Source: an uncultured bacterium
Lineage (GTDB): Bacteria > Fidelibacterota > UBA2242
Length of the DNA stretch: 64,000 nucleotides
Reading direction: 5' to 3'
Assembly (NCBI GenBank): GCA_964589175.1
Contig: CAZPRY010000014.1
Location: 6,779-70,778 of the forward strand
The position numbers were made by a program, and so were the translations under genes. The stretch's first letter is position 1. Every line of letters starts with the position of its first letter. The notes under the pieces were generated by a model, which was not told where the DNA came from, did not search any database, and saw only the letters and a list, made by a program, of their open reading frames with translations. Positions 1 through 10,000 of the stretch are shown here, in pieces.

Positions 1-21
1 GCGAACCGGGGAAAAACCGCT

Positions 22-3000
22 CTATTTGAGCAGCAGCATCTTGCGCACTTTGTCGTAATCATCCGTCTGTAGTCGATAAAAATACACCCCGTTCGACATT
101 GTTTTGCCGGACATATTCCTGCCGTCCCAATCCAGTTGATAGTTACCGGTTGACTGCCTGCCGTCCTGTAAAACCGTCACAACGGCGCCCCTGACATCGA
201 AAACAGCGATCTTCACTCTGCTCTCGTGAGGCAAAGCGTACAAAATCCGGGTCGCGGCGTTAAAAGGATTGGGGAAATTCTGATCCAGCCGGTAATCTGC
301 AGGAAGACCGGTCAAGCCTTCATCCCGAACATCTACCGTGTAGGCAATCTCAAACCAGTCCAGCGACTGCGTCTGCGGCGATTCCTGCGAAAAGCCCCAC
401 CAGGTTCCGGAAACGGAGCCGATCGCCAGCGGATCGAAAGCCAGGAAAACGACCTTGTCATCGTTGAGAGTGCGCGTGACTCCCACGGCCAACGGCGGCG
501 CGGCGGCCAGTGTATCGGTCGTCATGCAAACCCTTGTGCGGCTTTCCGCAAGCGGCTGAAAACCGTCGAGCCAGTTGTCGCGGCCGGTGAGCGTCGCCGG
601 ATTATATTTCAGGGTATCCGCTGCGGCCGTGATCCGGTTATAGAGCGCACCCGTAACGGCATTATTATAAACCGGCGCAAGCGGACTGGCCGTACCGGCG
701 CCGCCCTGATAGTAGGCGCTGACGTCGTTCCATATGCGGCCGATGCCGAGAATATCGAACTCGAAATCGCCGTAGGCATACTCCCGGTTCTGCCAGCCGG
801 ACAGCTTGCCCAGCCACTCGTCCCCGCACAGGAAATAATTCTTCGCTCCCGTTTTCAACCAGTCGCGCACATTCGCGCGGTTATCGAAAAGCGGTCCGCC
901 GGTGGCAATTTCATACACGGTTTTATAGAGCGAAAGGAGCTCGGCGGTCAGGGCTGTATCCCAGACATCATAATGGAAATAAGCCGTATGTTCATTCTCG
1001 AAATCACCCACACCGAAAAACTTCTTCAGGATCGCATCTTTTTCCGCAGCTGTGTTCATGAAAACTAAAATATCGCTCGTCGCAACATAACGGTAGAAGA
1101 CTTTGGGCTTCCGGCCGCGCGGCGGATAGAAGGAGATATCTCCGGCAGCCCTGGCTTCGATGGTCCAGTAGATGCTATCGGCTCCCGCAATTTCAGGAAT
1201 CCCGGCCCGATATATCTGACCTTCGGCCGTCATAGCAACCGACAACCAGTTTTGACCGTTGGAACTGTAGCGCACGACGGCCGATACGTCGTCGCCATCT
1301 GCATCCCGGACACGCGCCTGTACTTCAAATGGTCCGGCGAGCACAAAAGGTCCGGGTCCCTGAACCTCGTCGATCAGCGGCGGCGTCGAAATCTCGAAAT
1401 AGCGGACGATTCCACGGATCAGTTTTCCAAATTTCGTATAACTCGTATCGCCGGCGGCGCTGATCTCGATACCGGCCTGCGGCGCAAATCCCAGGTATAA
1501 AGTGCGATACGTACTCGTCTCTTTCGTACAACCGTACACCTGGCGGTCTTCCGAGCCCTGAAATATCGCTGTCGCGTCATCGCCAATGACAAAATAATCC
1601 GACCAGTAGGCGGCCGGATTGAGCCGCGGCCGGATTGTGTAGCCGCCCAGCGCTGCTGTAAAATCTTTATCAACCGGCGTCTCGTTGAGTCCGTAAAAGA
1701 TCGTATCCACGGGCTGCGGATCGCTGCTGCCCGCGGCAATCCCGAAATAATCGTAGGCGAAATCGCCCACCCCAAATTCCGGCGTCTCACCCTGACGATG
1801 GCTGTAAAACCAGTCGGGATCGATCAAGGCCAGGTCTCCGCCGTTCCTTAAAAATTGTCCGTAGCCGGGATCGGTATCCGACTCCAGCAGCGGGACGGTC
1901 CGCGTCCCCGATCCGCAGACGATGATGTTTTTCGCACCGAATTGAATCACCGATTCATCGATGCCGTTGTGTTCTTCCACGTCCCAGAATTCGTAGACAA
2001 GTCCGGCTTCATCCAGAATCCGCCGATAAAGTCCCAGGCCGCGCTGCTGGTGCTCCGGATTATCGGCGATCAGGAGCAGATCGGCAAACGGATTCTCCGG
2101 TTCAAGTCGCCGGAATAACAACACCGTATTCTCCGCCGAAACGCTCCCCATACGGTCTACAGCTTCGAAATAATATTCGATCTCATCCCCGGGAATCCCG
2201 GGCGGGATCGCCGCCGATAAACTAAAAGTACGGTCGGGATTCTCCGTTACTTCTGCAACAACAGTATCGAAAGGAGCGCCGTTGATGCTATAGAGCAAGG
2301 AAGCCCCGGTCACTCCGCTTTGCAGCGAATCCAGCGCATAATCCGTCGCAACTGCTTCCAATAAAATGCTGCCGGTTGCATAGGTATCGTTCGTCTGTGT
2401 GGCGATTACTGCCGGCGGCGGGTCTTCATAATAGACGACTGCACAGCGAATCAGCGCTTCGAGGCCCGCGGACTTCCCCAAACGTTCCCAATCCTGCGTT
2501 TCGCCTTCGGACGGGAAATAGCCCCAGCTGTGCTGCGGATTTGCATTCCCATCGTCGGCCAGCAAAACGGGAGCGCGCCCGCGTTTGGTGAGCACTACCC
2601 AGAAAGCCTCGCGGCCGACATCGATAACCTGGTTGATGACACTCAGATCGATCCGCTCCCATTGCCCGCTGCCCGCGAATTCCTGTGTGATCACGCTGCC
2701 GATGATCGCATCACCAAACATCTCACCGTCTGCAATAGTATCGGAACCGGTCAGTTGCGGCTTGGCCGATGCCGCTACTTTTCTGACCTCAATGTCGAGC
2801 GTCCCTCCGCCCGGCGGCGCATAAAAACAGAACTCAAGCGCCGAGAGGTAACAGCCGGCAGCAGGCGACTGGAACCAGACCGCGATTTTGTCGCCGGCCT
2901 GGCCGCGGTCGATATAGTATTCCGCAATTTCATCGTCAAAATGATATAAATAAGGCCCGGCTGTGCTTGCAGATCGAACGGCAGGATAGCGCACCCGCCC

Positions 3001-3084
3001 GATCCCGTCCGCGGCCGATAATGCCGTAACGGTAAAGAGTAAAAGGAACAGCAGCCGGCCTGCGATGGAAAATCGAATTTTCAT
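22..3084 (-). CDS. Large secreted T9SS cargo protein of unknown function. N-terminal signal peptide MKIRFSIAGRLLFLLLFTVTALSAADG. Canonical type-A T9SS C-terminal sorting domain (…NFPNPFN…VKIAVFDVRGA…GVYFYRL…KMLLLK). Paralog of 11024..13132, sharing a GDFAYDY(F/L)GI core.
   Basis: 1020-aa ORF. Signal peptide and C-terminal about 85 aa match the Por-secretion CTD consensus (NPF…IYD…G…V…L…G…W…G…GVYFYRL…K). Internal block LLLIADNPEH…VIQFG…GDFAYDYFGIA is shared with the 702-aa protein. Confidence 0.75.
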   Translation of the reverse strand: MKIRFSIAGRLLFLLLFTVTALSAADGIGRVRYPAVRSASTAGPYLYHFDDEIAEYYIDRGQAGDKIAVWFQSPAAGCYLSALEFCFYAPPGGGTLDIEVRKVAASAKPQLTGSDTIADGEMFGDAIIGSVITQEFAGSGQWERIDLSVINQVIDVGREAFWVVLTKRGRAPVLLADDGNANPQHSWGYFPSEGETQDWERLGKSAGLEALIRCAVVYYEDPPPAVIATQTNDTYATGSILLEAVATDYALDSLQSGVTGASLLYSINGAPFDTVVAEVTENPDRTFSLSAAIPPGIPGDEIEYYFEAVDRMGSVSAENTVLLFRRLEPENPFADLLLIADNPEHQQRGLGLYRRILDEAGLVYEFWDVEEHNGIDESVIQFGAKNIIVCGSGTRTVPLLESDTDPGYGQFLRNGGDLALIDPDWFYSHRQGETPEFGVGDFAYDYFGIAAGSSDPQPVDTIFYGLNETPVDKDFTAALGGYTIRPRLNPAAYWSDYFVIGDDATAIFQGSEDRQVYGCTKETSTYRTLYLGFAPQAGIEISAAGDTSYTKFGKLIRGIVRYFEISTPPLIDEVQGPGPFVLAGPFEVQARVRDADGDDVSAVVRYSSNGQNWLSVAMTAEGQIYRAGIPEIAGADSIYWTIEARAAGDISFYPPRGRKPKVFYRYVATSDILVFMNTAAEKDAILKKFFGVGDFENEHTAYFHYDVWDTALTAELLSLYKTVYEIATGGPLFDNRANVRDWLKTGAKNYFLCGDEWLGKLSGWQNREYAYGDFEFDILGIGRIWNDVSAYYQGGAGTASPLAPVYNNAVTGALYNRITAAADTLKYNPATLTGRDNWLDGFQPLAESRTRVCMTTDTLAAAPPLAVGVTRTLNDDKVVFLAFDPLAIGSVSGTWWGFSQESPQTQSLDWFEIAYTVDVRDEGLTGLPADYRLDQNFPNPFNAATRILYALPHESRVKIAVFDVRGAVVTVLQDGRQSTGNYQLDWDGRNMSGKTMSNGVYFYRLQTDDYDKVRKMLLLK

Positions 3085-3507
3085 ATACCCTGTGGCAGCT
3101 TAATTATCATGATCGAAATTGAATATAATGAATCACGGGCTGTGTTCAAATGTTTTCAACTCCGGGGGATTCAATCCGGCTGCAATCCAATTCCTTGTAC
3201 CTATCTCAAATCGAGACTGGGCGCAAAAAAGCAGGTCGAGTATGATACGGGAAGAATCGCGATCAGAATAATCAGAAATCCTAAAAATGCGTTTTGGCCG
3301 AGTTATATTCCGCTTAGCATAGCGATACCGATAAAGAGTCCGAACATGGAAACATAAGCCCAGAAGAAAGGATCTTTGAGAATGAACATAACTTAGCTCC
3401 TGACCTGCAAATATTTTCCGCCCAACGAACTGCATGACCGTCGTTTCTGACCGGGACGCGAAGCGGCGCGGTTTGAAACGTACGAGTCGATGCTATTGTT
3501 GACCAAT

Positions 3508-4797
3508 CTAAAGATATGTTTTCACCTCTTCGTGCTTGCTGGGGTGCATGGAAACGGCTCCAGATCTGCTCGACTTTTCCACGAGTCCAAGTCTCTCCAG
3601 TTCGGCGATAGCCGCGTCAAAATCGCGGACGTTCTTGCAGTAGTGATTGCGGAGCGTTGCGTAGCTGACCGTGTTTCTACCCCAGAACTTCTTCCTATAC
3701 AGTGTGTGCAGCACTCTGCGAGCTTCGGTTGGGAGAGCTTTCCGTGTGGAGAAACCTGCTATCGATTCCTCAAGACTCTCGAGTATAGAATCGTACCCGT
3801 CGATTCCGAAGTAGTGGCTGTGCGTTCGTCGTATCATCGAGACATCAGAAGATCCGACGAGAACGACCTCGAAACCGGAAGGTTCGGCGTACTGATTCTC
3901 AATCCTAGTGTAGGCATCGTATGCCTCCACGGGGTTTTTGGAGATCGGCTCCCAGTTGACGAATTGACCCGAATTCCAGTCGAAGATGAGAATCCAGTTG
4001 TTGAAAGACGATCGGCGACTACGCTCCACTTCGGCAAGGGTGTGGAGAATGTCTTCGTTCACGCGACTGTATAGGAGTTCGCCCCGTCGAGCACGCGCGA
4101 TGACCTCTTCGGCCGCCTCCCGTTTATCATCCAACTCCATCTTCTCCTGGGGCGTCGGTTCCCTGGAACATTCAAGCTCATGGAACACGTGCGAGAGTGT
4201 CTTGAAATAGCCATGAACGATTGGGTCGCCCTCGTTTTCTTTTAGGTGTTGACCATAGATTACTGAGGTCCGCTCTATTGCTTCCGCCCAGTGATGTTGC
4301 GCGCGACTTCGGACCTGTAACTCAATCTTCAAACCAGCACGTTCAAGGATGAGGTGGAGTGCACGGTAGCCGGTGTCATCCCGTCCCAATACGCGGTAGT
4401 CAGTCTCGCGTGAAAGAGTGAGTGTCTTTTCGCCCCGCACCTTCTCTAGAAAGTATTTGCGGAGCCCCTCGACATCAGCATTCGTATCGACAATGACCCT
4501 ATTCCCGCCGATATCCTGAAGTTGAGTCAAACGAACGCTAAAACGTCGCATCTTGCGGAGAATCTGAGGTCGACGCTTCAGCCTCTGCGCGATGTAGAAC
4601 TTCTTGTCCAACTGGGCGAGCCACCCCTGTACGAGGTAAGTGACTTCAGTCAGAGGCTCCAGATGCGCTCTGCGGTAGTCGTCGAAGACGATCTCCGCTT
4701 CGAGCTCCTGGTCTTCAGACTTGAAGACCCCTTTTGCAAGCGCTTGTCCGGAAGAGTCGATCTTTGTCTTTGAGTACATGTGTCCTATGGTCAACAT
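3508..4797 (-). CDS. RelA/SpoT-domain protein: N-terminal (p)ppGpp-synthetase/toxSAS-like nucleotidyltransferase fold fused to a roughly 230-aa C-terminal domain ending in a winged-helix-like segment.
   Basis: Motifs in RelA/SpoT synthetase order: RLKRRPQILRKM (RvKs.eSi..K-like helix), DIGGNRVIV (D-x-x-G-x-R beta strand), GYRALHLIL (GY+S(L/H)H), ELQVRSRAQHHWAEAIE (E-x-Q-x-R…W). The C-terminal LERLGLVEK segment looks wHTH-like. GC is visibly lower than the flanking genes. Confidence 0.7.
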   Translation of the reverse strand: MLTIGHMYSKTKIDSSGQALAKGVFKSEDQELEAEIVFDDYRRAHLEPLTEVTYLVQGWLAQLDKKFYIAQRLKRRPQILRKMRRFSVRLTQLQDIGGNRVIVDTNADVEGLRKYFLEKVRGEKTLTLSRETDYRVLGRDDTGYRALHLILERAGLKIELQVRSRAQHHWAEAIERTSVIYGQHLKENEGDPIVHGYFKTLSHVFHELECSREPTPQEKMELDDKREAAEEVIARARRGELLYSRVNEDILHTLAEVERSRRSSFNNWILIFDWNSGQFVNWEPISKNPVEAYDAYTRIENQYAEPSGFEVVLVGSSDVSMIRRTHSHYFGIDGYDSILESLEESIAGFSTRKALPTEARRVLHTLYRKKFWGRNTVSYATLRNHYCKNVRDFDAAIAELERLGLVEKSSRSGAVSMHPSKHEEVKTYL

Positions 4798-4849
4798 CTG
4801 CTTAAGCAGCCCGGATAACTGCTTTTATACAGATTAATTACTTTGATAA

Positions 4850-5110
4850 CATTCCGGATCACTATGCCGTATCCCTTTGTTTTTCCAATGCTAAGCATAA
4901 ATATTCTACTTGTCAAATGGAATCTTATCATAGTCGGATAAGATCCCGCTTTTGCGTAATATTCCCGGAGCTCGCTACCATACGCAACATAGTTTGCTAA
5001 TATGCGGTAGATAATTTTCTAATGTGCGCATGATAATTTCGTAACCTACGCTAGATAATTTTCTAACGTGCGCATGATAATTTGCTAAGATAGCGTAACT
5101 CTTGAAATTA
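4850..5110. repeat. Island repeat copy A. Roughly 250-bp upstream/leader region of the RelA/SpoT gene, imperfectly repeated at 6722..6900.
   Basis: Shared blocks with copy B: ccggGatcactaYgccRtatcc, ccaatgctaa, tcaaatggaatctt, ccgctt.tgc, and a gcgtaactcttga terminus. Confidence 0.6.
5004..5094. promoter_or_regulatory. Tandem duplication of a roughly 44-46-bp unit (tagataattttctaaYgtgcgcatgataattt…) inside repeat copy A. Each unit carries two direct GATAATTT motifs 24 bp apart. Candidate operator array.
   Basis: Direct reading: gcggtagataattttctaatgtgcgcatgataatttcgtaacctac / gctagataattttctaacgtgcgcatgataatttgctaagatagc. Copy B has a single degenerate version (gcaagataatctgcaaagatacgcatgta). 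Confidence 0.5.
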
Positions 5111-5156
5111 ACGCAGTCGGCACCGATTGTTTGGCCTTTTCTTCCATCCCTGGGAT

Positions 5157-5284
5157 TGTCCCAAAAGTCTGAAAGCGAGTCATCCTGATTCCGTCTGGCG
5201 GGAGAAGGATCTCGTCGAAGACAACCAGATACTTCGACTACGCTCAGTATGACTGATCGGGACCAAAATGTGACTTTTGGGACA
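5157..5284. repeat. 128-bp element bounded by perfect 13-bp terminal inverted repeats (tgtcccaaaagtc … gacttttgggaca) with nested internal inverted repeats. MITE-like element or structured small RNA.
   Basis: The inverted repeats (IRs) are read directly at 5157-5169 and 5272-5284. Internal tcaggatgactc/tcagtatgactg-type pairing and a ccaaaatgtgacttttgg hairpin. Confidence 0.45.
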
Positions 5285-5401
5285 GCCCCAGAATGTTCAG
5301 TCATTTGGGCTTGAGTAACTATCTCAAGATTTCCGCTCCCAAATCAGAGTTTGGGGGCGAGGAGTGAAATTTTAAGACTGACAAATCCTTCGACGATGGT
5401 T

Positions 5402-6556
5402 CTACAGTTGGAGTTGAAAGCTTGTCAGGATCAGGGTATCATCTTTTACGGGCAAACGGTACATCCCTTTATGATAATTACGCGACAATCCCAGAATAAA
5501 TCTTGCGTACATTCTCAATATCGGCACATTCTCGAAGGATAAGCTTGCGGAGTAGCCATAGAGACCTTCATGATAAATTTCTTTTGAATACGATACGCCG
5601 GAACATAATTGAATGTGGAAATCTCTCCCCGAAACTGATTCTGCACCCTTTTTACGGATGTCATCTTTCAGAAAATACAGGGAGCCATAAAAAAGTGCAT
5701 AGGCCAGATCCATTTTATCGATATCGAAATAGCTTTCTAAACCTGCTGAAATAAAATTGAATGGGGTGAATTCATAGTACTTACCTCCGATTTGCCGGGT
5801 ATCCAGAAATTTATAATAATTGAAACCGGGGCTCAGGAATCCCAGATTCTTGCTTAAACGAAAAATCTTTTGAGATTCAAAAAGATCGAACTTGAGTTCT
5901 GAGAAGCTATAAATCGTAAGAATATCAAAACCTTTTTTTCGCACCTGAAGGAACAAATTCTCGTTCTTCTGCTCTGCCCTGCCTATTTTGCCGTCTTCCT
6001 CATCGTAACCATAGTCGAACACTTTCTTCCCTTCGGAATCCGTAGTTATCAGTGGAGACAATTTTTGCATTACTCCGACAATCATTTTGGAATCTTCCAC
6101 ATTGCTTTTTATGATTAAAGTAGACAGTCGGTATTCATTGCTCCAAACTTCCGATGTAGTCGCCCGATAGAGATTTTCACCTATGCCGACTCCCATCGCA
6201 ACGGTTAAAAAACCAACCGAGTAGTTTTGCGAAGATTTTGGCCGAAAATAGAGTGCTCCCGTATAATTCATCATTTCAACATTTTCTTGGCCGGTCGATG
6301 TCGGGGCTATATACGTTGTTTTCGACGTTTTAGTCAGATTGATATCAAACATAAATTTAAGATTTTGTGTTTCAAAGTGACTTTCATATTCCCTATAGGC
6401 CTTGGTTAAATTAAGAGAAGTCCTGGATATCCATTCAAAATATTCCGGGTTGACAAATTCATCTGCGTACAAGTAGCCGGAATAAATTAAATATGCGCAA
6501 AGTAAGCAAGATCCAATCCGAATCCTGTGTGAAAGTGTCATAATGAGCCTCAGCAA
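5402..6556 (-). CDS. Hypothetical secreted, beta-strand-rich protein (possible outer-membrane protein). AT-rich island gene.
   Basis: 384-aa ORF. Hydrophobic N-terminus (…IGSCLLCAYLIYSGYLYA). Y/F/K/N-rich with alternating hydrophobic pattern. Codon usage and GC clearly differ from neighbours. Preceded by repeat copy B. Confidence 0.5.
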   Translation of the reverse strand: MLRLIMTLSHRIRIGSCLLCAYLIYSGYLYADEFVNPEYFEWISRTSLNLTKAYREYESHFETQNLKFMFDINLTKTSKTTYIAPTSTGQENVEMMNYTGALYFRPKSSQNYSVGFLTVAMGVGIGENLYRATTSEVWSNEYRLSTLIIKSNVEDSKMIVGVMQKLSPLITTDSEGKKVFDYGYDEEDGKIGRAEQKNENLFLQVRKKGFDILTIYSFSELKFDLFESQKIFRLSKNLGFLSPGFNYYKFLDTRQIGGKYYEFTPFNFISAGLESYFDIDKMDLAYALFYGSLYFLKDDIRKKGAESVSGRDFHIQLCSGVSYSKEIYHEGLYGYSASLSFENVPILRMYARFILGLSRNYHKGMYRLPVKDDTLILTSFQLQL

Positions 6557-6721
6557 AAATCCCTGTCCGATGATTTATCGAGCTGCCCGGCGTCCTGTGC
6601 CCGGGTGCTGCTTAGCCTAAGTTGAATCGCTCAAAATCGCGCCGATGTCATTCGACCATCTGCGACCCGACACGCAATTGAACAGCGCCCATAACTACTT
6701 GTACACGAAGCATTTGCTCTA

Positions 6722-6900
6722 ATCTGATCCGGGATCACTACGCCATATCCTTATCTGTGCCCAATGCTAATCAGAAAAAATCGACTTTTCAAATGGAATC
6801 TTGTCCCGGCCAAAAATAATTCCGCTTATGCACCTTCATTCACTAGTTTGCGCAAGATAATCTGCAAAGATACGCATGTAAGCCGGCGTAACTCTTTGAG
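6722..6900. repeat. Island repeat copy B, upstream of 5402..6556.
   Basis: Aligns with 4850..5110 (see above). Ends with ggcgtaactctttga. Confidence 0.6.
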
Positions 6901-6994
6901 TCAGCACGGCCGGCGCGGATATTTTAACTTGCGGTTTTGCGTCGGAAACTCACTTCTGACAGTCTTTTCCACGTGGGAACATCCGTAAAATTTC

Positions 6995-7021
6995 AACAAA
7001 AAAGGGCGGGAAAGCCCGCCC
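6995..7021 (-). terminator. Rho-independent terminator of the metzincin gene.
   Basis: Minus-strand gggcgggctttcccgccc hairpin followed by TTTTTTGTTG, 23 bp after the 7044 stop. Confidence 0.8.
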
Positions 7022-7043
7022 TTCGTGAAAGATGGATGCAATC

Positions 7044-10000
7044 TTATTTCATGAAAAGCATCTTGCGCACCGCCGTAAATTCGGGCGCCGTCAATCTATA
7101 GAAGTACACACCGTTGGCGACGCGCTGCCCGTTACGGTCCGTGCCGTCCCAGATCACGTTATAGCGGCCGGCAGCGAAATGCCGGGCGAGAATCGTTCTC
7201 ACCCGGTTACCGCGCAGGTCGTAAATCTCGAGGCTCACCTGCCCGGCCTGTGCCAGGCTGAAGCCTATCTGCGTCAGCGGGTTGAATGGATTCGGGTAGT
7301 TCTGATCGAGGCTGAAAGCAAGTGGTATCGAATTTTCATTATCTACCGCAACGGCGACGTAACTCAGGACAAAAACTTCGAAGGCATCCGAGGCGACCAT
7401 CGCACCGCTGCTGTCGCGGGCGGCAATCGACCACCGATAGGGCAAAACCCGGCCGTATTCGAGGGGATAGCCCGGAAAATCCGCCAGCGTGATTTGTGTC
7501 TGGCTCTCGATTATATTCAGTTTCCTGGTTGTGTCGACAATGGCGGGATCATCGGCAAATAAAGCGAAATCATAGTAAACGGTCTCGCCATCCGGATCGC
7601 CGCCGGACCAGCGGAACAGGTAGCTTGCAGCGCCGCTCTCAAATACCAGCGTATCGCCCCTCACCGGTGAAAGCAAGGCCGGAACTTCGGGTGCATGATT
7701 GATGCGGATTCGAATCATCAACTCTCTGACAGCACTGGTTTGTTCGAATTCACCGTCGCCTGCGATCACCCGCCAGTACAGGATTACATCGGAATCATCC
7801 CCGTAGCGCGACAATAAATTAGCACCGCTGAAAACGAATTCGGAATCGGGATAGACGGTTGCGGAGAAAACCATACCCGTGAAGGCCTGGTCTTCCGCCA
7901 CCTGGAACTCATAATAAACGGGATCGCAATTCGCATCGAACGAAGCATTCCAGCGGAAAAGCCGCATATCTCCTTCCGACTTGATGACCCAATCCGCACT
8001 GTCGACGGGTTCGAGTAACTCGAATTCCTCCGGCGCGGACGGCGGAATCTCAAATTTTATCCGGTATGGTGTAATCGCCGAGGGTGTATAATGGGCGCCG
8101 TCGGTTGCCCAGACAACCGCATAAAGCGTCGCCGTGCCATTCGGACCAACCAGTTCGCAGGGCATTTGAAACGAAAACCCGGCGCTGTCGGTATTGGACT
8201 CCTGGGAAATCAGAATTCCATCGACCAGGCTGCTGTCCGAAGAGATGCGCAAAACATAGGAGATGTCATCGCCCTGCGGATCGACAGCGGCATTCCAGTC
8301 CACCGCTAAATCCAGGTTCAGCGATGTCAATGTATAGACATCGTCCGCAACGGGCAGCGTAATTTCCGCTTTTGAAGGGCTTTGGTTTTCTTCATGAAAC
8401 CAGGCCAGCGAGCGCTGCAGCAGTTGCGTTTTACTGACCATCATCTGCGAACCATCGAAGATATCCTCGAACACAAATCCCGCCACGATCAGGTGCGCAT
8501 CCGACTCGTGCCGGATCATCCCGTAGCCGTTGCTGCCGATCACCTGAAAGACGGGCACCGTGCGCAGGTCGGCATCCGGCAAGAGTACATCTTTCTGCGA
8601 TTCCAGGGTTGTAATCATCATCAGTTGATTTTGCCCAATCGGATCGTCCGTAATTCCCTTTAAATACTGGTTCGCAGACTTCGCCCAAAACGAGCTATGG
8701 AGTTTCTGCCGCAGAAAAACAGAATCGGCCAAAAGACTCCCAACATGGTTACCGCTCAGAAAGAGGTTTCCCGAATTTGTCAGAAGAGAGTCCAGGAGAT
8801 TTTTCTCAGACTGAAAAAATGGGGTCGTTCTTTCCTGATTCAGCCAGAGTACCGTAATTGGCGCCGGAAACGTGGATACCTGTTGCCAGGTGATGAACTG
8901 TCCCTCTTTGAAATTGTCCCAGAGATGGACGGTTGCACCGGCAGACTCGAAAAGCGGCGGGACCATGGCCCAGTCGTCCTCTCCTTCATCGCTGTCGATC
9001 AGCAAAACATCCGCGGGGCTCAGGCGCAGATCATAGACCAGGCCGTCTGACGAAATCGTAATATCCTCTGCACGTTCCTGCGGATAGGGCGGTCGGGGAT
9101 AGACAGCCAGTGAATACCTGCCCTCCGGTAAAGTGGTTTTATAATTCCCGGCGCTATCGGTCAGAACGACCTGCACCGGGATATTGCCGGGATTGGAGGC
9201 GCTGAAAAATTCCAGACGCGCACTGATCGGCATGGCGTTCATCTTGTCGGCGACCAGACCGACTACTTTCACGCCGGGCCTGCTCTGCAAACGGATATCC
9301 ATCGCTATCACTTCTGTTTCTTCAATTCCCCCGGGAGAATTAAAATGTACTTCCTGTACTTCCGAATGATAGAAAAAACAGTTGAATTCCAACTGTATAT
9401 CCTGCGTTAAACTAGTAAACGAAAAACTGCCGTCTGTGCGTACGAAAAGCGAATCCGTGGCGATGTAGCCGGGCCACTCATAGACGGAGCGATCCCCCGT
9501 GCTCACCAATTCCAGGGCCTGCATGCGCACCGCCGATCCGCTCTTGATGAGAATATAACTGCTGCCGAGCGGGGCGAGGTTGGCGGAATCCGCGATGGTC
9601 CCGCTGATTTGCCAGACGGGATAAATCTCGGAAATCCCGGCAACATCCTGCGGGTGAAGGCTGCGCTTAGCCGTATCGCCCGGAGCGCCATATCCGTACA
9701 TGGTCGCTTGGGGAACCAGTTCCCCGACTCCCGGGGGACTGCCATGCTCGCCGGCGTGTCCCAGTCCCAGGTGATGTCCGAATTCATGCGTCACGACACT
9801 CTGCAGATCCATCGTATCGGACGGACAATTATCCGGATTGGAACTGGGCGGGAAATCGCGGGCATTCCAGACCAGATCGGATTCAACCGCATGATAATCT
9901 TCACCTACGCCGTTTGTCCAGGTCATTGAAAAGGCAATCACATCCGTGTTGGGTTCGAAATTCTCGCTGCTGTCATTGGTGTCAAAATAGATCAGGTTCA

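Noticed and set aside
3109-3435. Two overlapping small ORFs (82 aa plus, 100 aa minus) at the left island edge.
   Set aside because: Mutually exclusive, AT-rich, no motifs or ribosome-binding context. The region more plausibly holds the promoter of the 22..3084 cargo gene.
4975-5304. 109-aa minus-strand ORF spanning the island repeat.
   Set aside because: It runs through the tandem-duplicated repeat A sequence (which ends at 5110) and most of the 128-bp inverted-repeat element at 5157-5284, has no motifs, and is most likely non-coding leader DNA.
3085-7043. Searched for integrase/transposase genes, flanking direct repeats (att sites) or a tRNA target that would explain the island.
   Set aside because: None found. 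Both island ORFs are non-mobility proteins and the edges show no obvious duplication. The acquisition mechanism is left open, not called.
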